From NCBI GenBank assembly GCA_963708985.1, contig CAVPUQ010000001.1, positions 406,663 through 470,662 of the forward strand: a stretch of 64,000 nt of DNA, in the 5' to 3' direction. The stretch is from an uncultured Actinomycetes bacterium. Its GTDB lineage: Bacteria > Actinomycetota > UBA4738 > HRBIN12. A program made the translations under genes and the position numbers. The notes beneath the pieces were generated by a model. That model ran no database searches and was not told the DNA's origin. It was given only the letters and a program-made list of their open reading frames with translations. This document shows, in pieces, positions 1 through 10,942 of the stretch. Numbering within the stretch: position 1 is the first letter of the stretch; each line of letters begins with the position of its first letter.

Positions 1-725
1 GGGCTGGGACGAGGAGAAGGCGATCGAGACGATCCTCGCGGCCGGGGACGTTCGAGGGCGGGCCCACGAGGGCATCACGCTCGAGCAGCTGCAAGGCGGG
101 ACCGGTGCGCCTGAACGTGCACGATCCCGACATCCCGTTCCTCGCGCAGATCGAGGACGCTCGCTCCGTTCCCGCCGGCGTCGCCGCCGGCGCCGATCGA
201 GGCGACGCAGGTGTTCCTGCCGACGCGCCGCATCGAGCTCTACAAGGAGGAGGACCGGTTCCTCGAGCTCGGCGAGCAGGTCGTCACGTACAAGGACCCG
301 TACGACGACGGCGTGCACGACCCCGCCGAGTACCCGCTCACGCTGCTCTCGCCGCACTCGAAGTGGCGCATCCACTCGACGTACTCGAACAACGCCTGGC
401 TCGAGGAGATCCACGGCGGCAGGCCACAGGTGCTCGATCCACCCGGCCGACGCCGCAGCCGCGCGGCATCGCCGACGGCGACGAGATCGAGGTCTTCAAC
501 TCCCGCGGGTCGCTGAAGGCATGGGCGCACGTGCACGACTCGGCCGGGCCGGGCACGGCCACGCTGCCCGAGGGGTGGTGGGGCCGCTACTTCCTCGAGG
601 GCAAGGGCGTGAACGAGCTCACGTCGAGCGCGATCAACCCGATCCACGAGGTCTGGTACGTGCCGAACATCTGGGCCCCGTCCACCGGATGGAAGGACTG
701 CCGTTGCGAGGTGCGCCGTGGCTGA
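1..725 (+). CDS. Molybdopterin oxidoreductase catalytic subunit, C-terminal part (5' truncated by window edge; frameshifted)
   Basis: Pieces in successive frames: YPLTLLSPHSKWRIHSTYSNNAWLEE, then GIADGDEIEVFNSRG...GVNELTSS. This is the molybdopterin-dinucleotide-binding domain IV. Upstream of 4Fe-4S and NrfD genes. Confidence 0.9.
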   Translation, partial: AGTRRRRSRRSSRPGTFEGGPTRASRSSSCKAGPVRLNVHDPDIPFLAQIEDARSVPAGVAAGADRGDAGVPADAPHRALQGGGPVPRARRAGRHVQGPVRRRRARPRRVPAHAALAALEVAHPLDVLEQRLARGDPRRQATGARSTRPTPQPRGIADGDEIEVFNSRGSLKAWAHVHDSAGPGTATLPEGWWGRYFLEGKGVNELTSSAINPIHEVWYVPNIWAPSTGWKDCRCEVRRG

Positions 726-1448
726 CGAGCACGAAGGTCTCACCCGATCGAGGCGCTCCCCGAGGCCTCCCGCGACGTACGGGGCCATCGGCGAGGTCGT
801 CCGACGAGCCCGCGCTGGGGCATGGCCGTCGACATCGAGCGGTGCATCGGCTGCTGGTCCTGCGCGGTCATCTGCAAGTCCGAGAACGACGTGCCGCTCG
901 GCATGTGGTGGAACCGGATCCTCACGAAGGGCGAGGAGCTCGACACGCCCGAGACCGGCGAGTTCGGCCGCCTCGACATGTCGTGGGTCCCGCTCGCGTG
1001 CCAGCACTGCGACGACCCGCCGTGCATGAAGGTCTGCCCGACCTCGGCCACCTTCGTCGACAACGAGCACGGCTACCTCGTCGCGGTGAACCAGGACGAC
1101 TGCATCGGCTGCCGCTACTGCATGGCGGCGTGCCCGTACGGCGTCCGGGTCTTCAACTGGGGCGAGCCCGAGTACGCGGTCGAGGGCTTCGACCTCGGCA
1201 TGGTCGAGCCTCGCCCGATCGGCTCGGTCGAGAAGTGCACGATGTGCATCCACCGGCTCGAGGAGGGCCAGGTGCCCTCGTGCGTGTGGTCGTGCCCCGC
1301 GCAGGCCCGCATCTTCGGCGACCTGAACGATCCTGAGGGCCGTCTGGTCCGCACGATCGAGGACCGGAACGGCACGCAGCTCCTCGAGGAGAAGGGCACG
1401 AAGCCGAAGGTCTACTACCTCGAGGAGCGGAGGAGGCGATCGCTGTGA
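718..1448 (+). CDS. 4Fe-4S dicluster electron-transfer subunit (NrfC/DmsB/PsrB type)
   Basis: PRWGMAVDIERCIGCWSCAVICK, CQHCDDPPCMKVCP, CIGCRYCMAACPY, KCTMC...CVWSCP. Core ORF 822-1448; GTG at 718 overlaps the previous stop, with one likely indel near the N-terminus. Confidence 0.93.
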
Positions 1449-2633
1449 GCGCCATCGCGACCGCTTCGCGCACCGCCGAGCGCCGCTCGTGGGGCTCGAC
1501 GTGGACCGGCCTGCTGGTCGGCGGGATGATCGTGGGCCTCGGCTGCTTCGTCTACCAGTGGATCAACGGCCTGGCCGTGACCGGCCTGTCGAACACGATC
1601 TCCTGGGGCATGTACATCATCAGCTTCATGTTCCTGGTCGGCATCTCGGCCGGCGGCCTCATCGTCGCGGCCGGCGCCGAGCTCGTCGGCAGCGAACGGT
1701 TCTCCTCGCTCACGAGGCTCGCGGTGCTGCTCTCCGGGGCGGCGATCCTGGCGGCAGCGATCTCGATCATGCCGGACCTCGGCCGCCCGCAGATCGTGTG
1801 GAAGATGATCCGGCAGCCGCACTGGACCTCGCCGCTGATCTGGGACGTGATCATCATCACCGTCTACCTGTCGATCGCGGCGATCGACCTGTACATCCTC
1901 ACGCGACCCAACGCGACGCACGGACGCGATGCGCACGATGGCGTTCGTCGCGCTGCCGGCGGCCGTGCTCGTGCACTCGATCACGGCGTGGATCTTCGGT
2001 CTGCTCGTCGCGCGGCCGTTCTGGAACACCGCGCTCCTCGCGCCGATGTTCATCTCGTCGGCGCTGGTGTCCGGGCTCGGGCTGCTGATCGTCACGGCGC
2101 ACATCGTCGACCGCACGACCGAGTGGGAACCGGACCGCGACGTCTTCGACGACCTCGGCAAGCTCATGGTGTGGTTCATCGCGGTCGACGGGTTCCTGCT
2201 GTTCGCCGAGATCCTCACGACCTACGCCTCGAGGATCCCCGACCACCTGAAGCAGTTGAACGTGTTGCTCGTCGGGCGGCTCGCACCCGTGTTCTGGGCC
2301 GAGGTGGCGATCGGCGTCGTGATCCCGTTCACGATCTGCGCCTCGCGACTGCGCAAGCGCCGAGGGTGGGTCGTCGCGGCTGGGGTGCTCGCGATGGTCG
2401 GCGTGTTCGCGAAGCGCATCAACATCGTGATGACCTCGATGTTCATGCCGCTCGTCGGGCTCGAGCCGGGGATCCCCGGGGGGCGCCCCGGACAGGAGTT
2501 CGCGCCGGACCCGATCTACATCCCGACGTGGGTCGAGGCGGGCATCCTGATCGGCCTCGCGTGCTTCATCGGCCTGCTCGTGACGCTCGGCGTGCGGTAC
2601 CTCGTCGTCCCCGAGCGACGCCGGGCCGGGTAG
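1445..2633 (+). CDS. NrfD/PsrC-family membrane anchor subunit (frameshift near 1920)
   Basis: VTGLSNTISWGMYIISFMFLVGISAGG, DLGRPQ...SPLIWD, RPFWNTALLAPMFISSALVSG, KRINIV. Multi-TM; GTGA overlap with the 4Fe-4S gene. Confidence 0.9.
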
Positions 2634-2661
2634 CGCTCACCACCGGACGCTCGGCCGGAGA

Positions 2662-3264
2662 TCAGCTGCGGAGCGCGCGATCGAAGCCCTCGTCGAGCAC
2701 GTCGAGCGCCCGTCCCGCCGCCTCGACCGGGTCGATCTCACCGTCGCTCGCGGCCCACGTTCGCATCGCGGCTCGCAGCGCGCCGAACGCTGCGCCGGCG
2801 ACGATCCGTGCGCGAACGTCGCGGTTCGGGTCGGCGTGGAGGCGCTCGGCCACGGCCTGCGCGACCGTCTCCTCGTAGCGCGCCTGGTGCTCGAGGCTCC
2901 GGGCGACGAGCGCCGGCACGCTGGTCACGAGCCGGACCCTGCCGAGGCCGTCCGTACCCGAGGTCTGGTGCTCGACGAGCGCGAGGACGGCGCGTCGTAC
3001 CGCGACCTGCGCCGGTTCGTCGGCCGAACCGAGGTGCAGCGCCTCGGCGAGCAGGCGGGAGCGCTCCTCGTCCTCGGCGAAGACCGCGTCCTCCTTCGAG
3101 GTGAAGTACCGGAAGAACGTGCGTGGGGACACGTCGGCTGCGGCCGCGATGTCCTCGACCGTCGTCTCGTCGTAGCCGCGCTCGGCGAACAGGCGCAGCG
3201 CGGCGGCGGCCAGGGCCTGCCTGGTCCGCAGCTTCTTGCGCTCGCGCAGGCCGATCGCATCCAT
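2662..3264 (-). CDS. TetR/AcrR family transcriptional regulator
   Basis: GLRERKKLRTRQALAAAALRLFAERGYDETTVEDIAAAADVSPRTFFRYF TetR HTH. Probable leaderless ATG at 3264. Divergent from MMPL. Confidence 0.95.
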   Translation of the reverse strand: MDAIGLRERKKLRTRQALAAAALRLFAERGYDETTVEDIAAAADVSPRTFFRYFTSKEDAVFAEDEERSRLLAEALHLGSADEPAQVAVRRAVLALVEHQTSGTDGLGRVRLVTSVPALVARSLEHQARYEETVAQAVAERLHADPNRDVRARIVAGAAFGALRAAMRTWAASDGEIDPVEAAGRALDVLDEGFDRALRS

Positions 3265-3283
3265 CGGGCGGAAGGGTAGCACG

Positions 3284-3342
3284 AGATGGCGTGGCGCGCC
3301 AGATGGCAGTGCTTGACAGATGACATCGAGTGTCGGTATCTT
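3284..3342 (+). promoter_or_regulatory. sigma-A-type promoter of the MMPL gene overlapped by three tandem 17-bp imperfect palindromes (candidate TetR operators)
   Basis: TTGACA (3313-3318)-N18-TATCTT (3337-3342). AGA+TGGCG-N5-CGCCA, AGA+TGGCA-N5-TGACA, AGA+TGACA-N5-TGTCG with half-sites starting at 3287, 3304, 3321. Confidence 0.7.
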
Positions 3343-3382
3343 CGGTGGAGCCTCGGGCGTCGCGCCCGTCGAGGAGGTCGAG

Positions 3383-5603
3383 ATGTCGTTGTCGCTGCTG
3401 CTCTACCGGCTCGGTCGCTGGGACGGTTCGCCGTCGGCGTCTCGTCCTGGGCGCGTGGGTCGTCGGCGCCGTGGTGACGTTCGGAGCGGGCCGGCTCCTG
3501 GACGCCGGGTTCACCGACGACTGGCGGGTCCCGGGGACCGAGGCGCAGCGCGCGCACGACCTGCTCGTCGAGCGCTTCCCGGCTGCCTCGGGGACCGACG
3601 CGACCGTCGTCTTCCACGCGGAGACGGACCTGCGGGAGCCCACGTCGCTCGGCGTGGTGCAGGGGGCGCTCGACGAGGTTGCAGCGCTCCCGCACGTCCT
3701 GGGCGTCGAACGCCCCGGCGTCGAGGGCGCGCGGGCCGGGATCTCGCAGGACGGTCGAACGGCGTTCGCCACGGTGCACTACGACCTCGACGCGGCGACG
3801 CTCGGCGAACCGGCGATCGCGAGGCTCGACGCGGCGGTCGAGCCGGCGCGCGAGGCCGGCGTGCAGGTCGAGTTCGGCGGGCCGCTCGTCGAGAGCGGGC
3901 AGGAGCGCGAGCCCGGCGGCTCGGAGCTCATCGGCCTCGCGGTCGCGGTCGTCGTGCTGCTGTTCGCGTTCGGCTCGGTCATCGCGATGGGCTTGCCGAT
4001 CGTGACCGCGGTACTCGGGCTGCTCGGCGGCATGTCCGCCGTGATGCTCGTCGCGCTCGCGATCGACGTGCCGACCGTGGCGCCGACGCTCGCGGCGATG
4101 ATCGGCCTGGGGGTCGGGATCGACTACGCGTTGTTCGTCGTGACGCGGCACCGCCAGCACCTCGCGCTCGGGTACACCGTCGAGGACTCGGCGGGGCGCG
4201 CGATGGCGACAGCCGGCCAAGCCGTGCTGTTCGCCGGCGCGACGGTCATCATCGCGATCCTCGGGCTGTGGCTCTCGGGCATCCCGTTCGTCGGCCTGCT
4301 CGGCACGGCAGCGGCGATCGTCGTCACGGTCGCCGTGGTCGCGGCACTGACGCTCCTGCCCGCGCTGCTCGGCTTCGCCGGGCGCGCGATCGACCGGTTC
4401 CGTCTCCCCGGGATGCGCCCGAAGGGCGAGGGCGCGCACGCCGGCGGGTGGGCGCGGTGGGGCCGGCACGTGGGCACGAAGCCATGGCGGCATCTCGATC
4501 CTCAGCACGATCGTCCTGGCGTTGCTCGCGGTGCCGATGTTCTCGATGCGCCTCGGCCAGGTCGACGCTGGCACGGCGCCGACCGACACGACGCAGCGTC
4601 GCGCGTTCGACCTCATGACCGAGGCGTTCGGGCCGGGATCGAACGGACCGCTGCTGCTCACCGTCGAGCTCGCGCAGGCGAACGACACCGCTGCGCTGGA
4701 GGCCATCGAGGCTGCCGTCGCGACCGACCCCGACGTGGCAGGCGTCCGTCCCGCCGTGCTCTCGCCGGACGGTCGCACGGCCGTCATCACCGCCGTGCCG
4801 CGCTCGGCGCCGCAGGACGAGGCGACGACCGAACCTCGTGCATCGGCTCCGCGACGAGACGCTCCCCGCGACCACCGAGGGCACCGGCGCGCGGGTGTAC
4901 GTCGGCGGTCAGACCGCGATGTTCATCGACCTCGCCGACAAGGTGGCCGGAGCGCTGCCGGTGTTCATCGGCGCGGTCGTGCTGTTGTCGTTCGTGCTGC
5001 TGATGCTCGTGTTCCGCTCGATCCTCGTGCCGCTGAAGGCGGCGCTGATGAACCTGCTGTCGATCGGCGCGGCGTACGGTGTCGTCGTCGCCATCTTCCA
5101 GTGGGGCTGGGGCAAGGGACTTCGTCGGTCTCGAGGAGACCGTCCCGATCGTCTCGTTCGTGCCGATGATGATGTTCGCGATCCTGTTCGGCCTGTCGAT
5201 GGACTACGAGGTGTTCCTGCTCTCGCGGATCCGCGAGGAGTACCTCAGCGACCGCGACAACCTCGAGAGCGTCGTCGACGGCCTCGCGCACACCGCGCGG
5301 GTGATCACCTCGGCGGCGCTCATCATGATCGCGGTGTTCCTGTCGTTCCTGCTGAACGACGACCCGACGGTGAAGATGGTCGGCGTCGGGCTCGCGACCG
5401 CGGTCGCCGTCGACGCGACGATCGTGCGGATCATGCTCGTGCCGTCGACGATGGTGCTGCTCGGCCAGGCCAACTGGTGGCTGCCCACGTGGCTCGACCG
5501 GCGGCTGCCCGCGCTCGACGTCGAGGGAGAGGCCGGCCTGCCCGAGCCCGAGCTCGAAACGGAGACGACCGTGCGCGTCCCCGAGGCCGTCGGCGCTGCC
5601 TAG
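3383..5603 (+). CDS. MMPL/RND-family transporter (several frameshifts)
   Basis: RBS GAGGAGG at 3371-3377. GLGVGIDYALFVVTRHR, TAGQAVLFAGATV, LFGLSMDYEVFLLSRIREEY, DATIVRIMLVPSTMVLLG. Confidence 0.93.
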
Positions 5604-6082
5604 CGGAGCTCGATCAGGCGGAGCGCGGTCGAGACCGCGTCCGCCGGTGTGTCCGAGCGCACGATGGCCTCGACGGGCTGTCCATCCTTCCCGAGCTCCC
5701 ACGTGCCGAGCCCGACGACAGGCTTGCCCATCTTCAGCGCGAGTGCGATCTCGGACAGCGTGCCGAACTCGCCGGCGACGGCGATCACGGCGTCGGCGGT
5801 GCGCACCACGATCGCGTTGCGCGCCTCGCCCATCCCGGTCGCCACGACCGCGGTGAGGTATGGGTTACCGCCCGCGCGGGTCTCGGTGGGCAGGACGCCG
5901 ATCGAGCGACCACCCGCCTTCGCGCAGCCGCTCGCCGCGGCCTCCATGAGCCCGCCGAGCCCGCCGCAGACGAGGACGGCGCCCGCCTCGGCGATCAGCC
6001 GCCCGACCTCCTCGCCGAGGTTGTGCTCGGCCGGGGTCGCCGCCGAGGGCCCGACGACCGCGATGTAGATGTCCCTGCTCAT
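5600..6082 (-). CDS. SLOG/LOG-family protein (TIGR00725-like)
   Basis: IAVVG...VCGGLGGLMEAAASG...GMGEARNAIVVRTADAVIAVAGEFGTLSEIALALKMGKPVVGL. ATGA overlap with helicase stop. Confidence 0.9.
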   Translation of the reverse strand: MSRDIYIAVVGPSAATPAEHNLGEEVGRLIAEAGAVLVCGGLGGLMEAAASGCAKAGGRSIGVLPTETRAGGNPYLTAVVATGMGEARNAIVVRTADAVIAVAGEFGTLSEIALALKMGKPVVGLGTWELGKDGQPVEAIVRSDTPADAVSTALRLIELR

Positions 6083-8356
6083 CCCCATGACGTCCCGAGC
6101 ATGGCAGAAAGGAGCGCGACCGCGCCGGGCTTGTCGAGCGGCTCGTTGCCGTTGCCGCACTTGGGCGACTGGACGCAGGACGGGCACCCGTGCGTGCACG
6201 GGCACTCGCTGACGGTCTCGAGGGTGGCCAGGAGCCATCGGTCGGGGTCGGACGGAAGCCGCGCTCGGCGATCCCGGCGCCGCCGGCGTACCCGTCGTAG
6301 ACGAAGATCGCGGCACGTGCCCGTGTCCGGGTGGTGGGCGGTCGAGACGCCGCCGACGTCCCAGCGGTCGCAGGTCGCGACGAGTGGCAGGAGGCCGATC
6401 GCGGCGTGCTCGGCGGCGTGAGCGCACCCGGGAGGTCCGACGCACCGATCGCCGCGCGGTCGATGATCGCCGGCGGGATCGCCCACCAGACGGCCCGGGT
6501 CTTGAGCGCGCTGTGGCGGCAGGGCGAGCGGCAGGACCTCGAGGATCTCGCCGGTCGCGACGAGCTTGCGCGCGAACCCGACCACCTGGTTCGACACGTG
6601 CACGGTCCCGTACGACATCGGGACACCGCCCGCGGTCGTCGTCTGTCTCGAGCGCCTCGCGGATCGTCGATGTCGGTGGTGTCTCGCGACTGCGTGTAGA
6701 AGTCGGGGTCGGCCGGTGCGACGAGCGCGACGCCGCTCGACGAGGTCGAGCTCGACCACCTCGAACTGCTCTCCCTGGTGAAGGTAGATCGGCGCCGGGA
6801 TGCACGGTCTGGTACGCGCGACACTCGTCGACCGTGCCGAGGAGCTCGCCCGAGTCCCGGATCACGATCGAGAACGTCCGCCCGCCGGCGCTCCGCACGT
6901 CGACCGCTGCGGTGCGGGCTCGCCCGCCCGGTGTGGTGCAGGAGGTCGCGGCGCCGCTTCAGCTCACCGGCTCCGGTCGAGGCGCTCGACGACGGCCTCC
7001 GATCCCGGCCAGAACCGCGCGAGCTCCTCGTCGGAGAGCGGATGCTCCCGCGCGGCACAGGCGAGATGGGGCTCCGAGCACGAAGGGGTTCGCGGGATCG
7101 ATGACGGCGGCCTCGGCCGGCTTGTCGAACAGGTCCGAGGGATGCGTCACGAGGTACTGGTCGAGCGGGTCATCCTGGGCGACGAGCACGGCGAGCGAGG
7201 AGCCATCGCGCCGGCCCGCGCGACCCGCCTGCTGCCACATCGAGGCGCGGGTCCCGGGATAGCCGACGAGCACGGCAGCATCGAGCGAGCCGATGTCGAT
7301 GCCGAGCTCGAGCGCGCTCGTCGAGCGCGACGGCGAGCAACTCGCCGCTCCGCGAGCTGTCGCTCGAGCTCGCGCCGCTCCTCGGCGAGGTAGCCGGCAC
7401 GGTACGACTTCACGCGCTCTCGGAGACCGCCGGGGAGCTCGCGGCGGGTGAACTCGGCGAGGAGCTCGGCCGCGCGGCGCGAGCGGGTGAACCCGATCGT
7501 ACCGCACGCCCTCCTCGCGAGCCGCGCCATGAGCACCGGACGCGTCGGTGAGCGCGCTCCGCCGCGCCCCAGACCCCTCGTCGATCACCGGGGGGTTCCA
7601 GAGCGCGAAGAGTCTTCGTCGCCCGAGGGCGAGGCGTCCTCGGTCACGGCCTCGAACGGGAGGCCGACCAGGCGCTCGGCGAGCTCGGTCGGGTTGCCCA
7701 CGGTTGCGCTGGCGAGCACGAAGCGCGGGTCGCCCCCGTAGCGCGCGACGAGGCGCCGGAGCCGCCGCAGGATGTGCGCGACGTGGGAGCCGAACACCCC
7801 GCGGCACACGTGCGCCTCGTCCACGACGACGAGGGACAGCCGCAGGAAGAAGTCCGCCCAGCGTCCGTGGTCCGGCAGGATCGAGGCATGGAGCATGTCG
7901 GGGTTGCTCAGCACGAGGTTCGGCGGTCCGCCGGATCAGCGGCCGGTCGGCCGAGGGCGTGTCGCCGTCGTAGACCGCGGCCTTCAGCTGCGGGAGCTTC
8001 AGAGCTCGCGCACGGCCCGGAGCTGGTCGCGCGCCAGCGCCTTGGTCGGGAACAGGTACAGCGCGGTCGACCTTCGCGTGCGTGAGCGCCTCTGCCGCGT
8101 ACGCGAGGTTGTAGACGAGGGTCTTGCCGCTCGCGGTGCCGGTGGCGACGACCACGTTCGCCCGCCCGCACGGCGGTCGAGCGCCCGCTCGCTGGTGCGG
8201 GTACAGGCCCGTCACGCCGACGAGGGCCAGGCGCTCGGCGCAGCACCGACGGGAGGTCGGGCGAAGGGCTCGAGCGACGGTCTCGGCCGGGAACGTCCGC
8301 AGGTGCACGAGCGAGCCCTCGGGCGCGACGGAGACGAGGATGGTGCGGGGGTCCAC
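6079..8356 (-). CDS. DEAD/DEAH helicase with DUF1998 C-terminus (YprA/MrfA/SftH/Hrq1 family; many frameshifts)
   Basis: [77 protein letters not shown], and the 4-Cys motif [17 protein letters not shown]. Confidence 0.92.
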
Positions 8357-8387
8357 CGACGATGGTACCGGTGGCCGTGCGTCGCGG

Positions 8388-9737
8388 CTACTCGCCGACG
8401 ATCTCGGGGCTCGTCGCCGTCGTTGAGCGTTGCGTACGGCGTTCGAAGGCCGTCCCGCAGGAGCGGCAGGATGAGCGGCGCCGTCGGATGAAGATGAGGA
8501 GGCCGAGGAGGAGATACGCGATGCCGACGACGATGCGTTCGATGCCGCCGACGGACTCGGGCACCAGGGCGCCGATGATGAACTGCGCCCAGAACAGCCC
8601 GAACAGCAGCAGCGCCTCGCGCGATCGAGATCGACAGCGTCACGAGCACCGCCAGGGCGAAGAACGACTGCGCGGCGGTGAGGAACAGCTCCTCGCGCTG
8701 GTGCGCGTCGATCGGCAGGCCCGACAGACCGCCGACGCGAGCGCGAACACGATCGGCAGCGTGCCGACGAGCAGGGTCCACTGGTTCACCTTGGACGAGA
8801 CGAGCGTGCCGAGGCCGGCGTTGGTGTTCAGCCGCCAGGCGTACAGCCCGGCGACGAGCAGCTCGGGCGCCTCGGAGGCGAGCGGGGCCAGCCACTGGAC
8901 GAGCAGGAACTCGCTGATCCCGAACTCGCGGCCCGTCTCGACGAGCGACTCGGCGAACGGCTCGGCGCACGCGAGGATCACGACCGCCGCGAACAGGAAC
9001 ATGCGTCACCACCGACAGCCGCCGGCGCGAGGTCCGAGAACGTCCCGATGAGCCGGGCGGGCCCGACGAGGTGCGGCTCCTCGGCAGGCGCCCGGCTGAT
9101 CCGCCAGGTGTACGCGGCGAAGATGCTCACGAGGATCGGCGGCGTCGACGAGCGTGATCGTGCTCCTTCAGCGGCAGGGTGAGCGAGTAGACGGTGGCGA
9201 TCGCGAGGAACGAGACCTCGACCGAGTGCGAGCGTTCGAGCTGGACCTCGGCCGATCGGCCGCGCCGGTCCGTCCGGCGCGTGCGGTAGCAGGCGATGAA
9301 CACGACGATCGACCAGCCGATACCGATCAGCAGCCGGTTCGCGCCCGTCATGTTCGCGAGCGCGAGCGAGCACGCGTCCTCACCAGCGGCGCCCGGTGGA
9401 TGGCAGGCGACACGCCGTAGAGCTCGACTGCGTTCCCGCGCCTTCCACGCGAAGACCATGTCGACGGCGTACTCGGGCAGCACGGCGATGAACGCGAGGA
9501 CGGCGATCGCGAGACCCGGCGGAGATGTCGAGCTGGGCGACCTCGGCCGCCCAGGACAGGAGGAAGGCCGCGCCCGACGATCGCGAGGCCGAACAGGAGG
9601 GCCTCGGCGGGGTGTGGGAGTGCGGGTGCAGGAACCGAGGCCAGGAGACCGGGGATCATGACGCCGATCGCGATGCCGACGCCGAGCCCCTGCCGGCCGG
9701 GATGGACGTCGCGGAGCTCGTCGCTGAGGGTGGTCAC
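8388..9737 (-). CDS. CaCA-family sodium:calcium/cation antiporter (frameshifted)
   Basis: alpha-repeats [10 protein letters not shown]...[12 protein letters not shown] and PLASEAPE...[16 protein letters not shown]; many TM segments. Stop TAG inferred at 8388-8390. Confidence 0.8.
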
Positions 9738-9776
9738 GGGCCCGAACCTAGCAGAGCGAGCTCGAAGCTGTGGGGC

Positions 9777-10745
9777 TCAGCCCTCGGCGGGCAGGAGCGA
9801 GGCATTCGGGCTCGGCGGGATGTTCTTCTTGGCGAGGAGCCCATCACCCGGATGTCGGCGGCGATCGCCTGCAGGGTTGCCTGGTCCAGGTTCACGATCG
9901 AGGTGTCGCCGGCCATCCCGGTCCCGCCCGGGAGCACGACGTTCTACGACCCGCTTCGGGTTCAGCGTCGATGCCGTGAAGGCGAGGCTCAGATCTCGTC
10001 GAGGGACAGGTCGGTCCGCATGCTCCGCAGCCCGGCGCCGACCCAGTCGAGTATGCGGCTCGGGTCGCTCGTGAACTCCTTGCGGAACTGCGCGAGCGCC
10101 GAGACGAGCAGCCGACCCTGGTTCTCCGAGCGCCCGAAGTCACCCTCGGGGAGCGCGTGGCGAGCACGGGCGAGCGCGAGCGCGTCGCGTCCCGAGAGCG
10201 TCTGCGTGCCGGCATCGATCTGTGCGTGCGCGTACCGGTCGTACACGTCGAACGGCACGTTCGACCGTCAGGCCGCCGATGTCGTTGATCATCGCCTGGA
10301 ACCCCTCGAACCATGTGAGCGCCCAGTAGTCGATCGTCACGCCCATCAGGCTCTCGACGGCGTCGACGACGAGGCTGGGGCCGCCGGCCGTCATCGTCGC
10401 GTTGATCTTGTTCGTTCCGTACCCGGGGATCGAGACCCACGAGTCCCGCGGGAAGCCGATGATCGTGGCCTTCGCCTTCGCGGGGTTGATCGAGACCAGA
10501 TGGATCGAGTCGGCTCGCTGACCCGCGATCTCCTCACCCGGGCGCGCGTCGCTGCCGAGCACGAGGATGAAGATCGGCTTCGAGCCGTCGAGCGTGGGCA
10601 CGTAGCCCGCGTGAGCTTGCTGCAGCTGGAAGAACGGCGCCGCTCCGGCCGGAGCGGTCCGGGGTGAGGTGCCGAGCACCGTGCCGGCGACCCAGGTCAC
10701 GAGCAGGATCGCGACGAGTGCGGCACGGCGCCGGGGGGCGGGCAT
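9777..10745 (-). CDS. LCP (LytR-CpsA-Psr) family protein (frameshifted)
   Basis: N-terminal TM, then FILVLGSDAR...RADSIHLV...FPRDSWV...KINA, ALALARARH...DFGRSENQ. Confidence 0.9.
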
Positions 10746-10942
10746 GGTTCGTGTGCTGGTCAAATCGGCCCTCAGGCTACCGGCGGGACGGTGGAGCAAC
10801 AACCATCGCGGTCAGGAACCGGCTTGGAAGACCGCGTCGGTGGTCGGGCGCTCGCGCTCCTCGAGCACGAGCGGCGAGCACGAGGGGCACCATGCTGCCG
10901 TCGCACGTCACGCTCTCGGTGCTCGGGAGGCGCGCGGTGGAC

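Noticed and set aside
6079-8356. YprA helicase as part of a DISARM/Druantia/ARMADA defence system
   Set aside because: Short stand-alone length, and no methylase, PLD nuclease or second helicase nearby; fits the repair clade.
10812-10911. Possible 32-aa sORF (MTCDGSMVPLVLA...ERPTTDAVFQAGS) between LCP and the hypothetical gene
   Set aside because: Needs an assumed indel, has no homology support and only a weak RBS.
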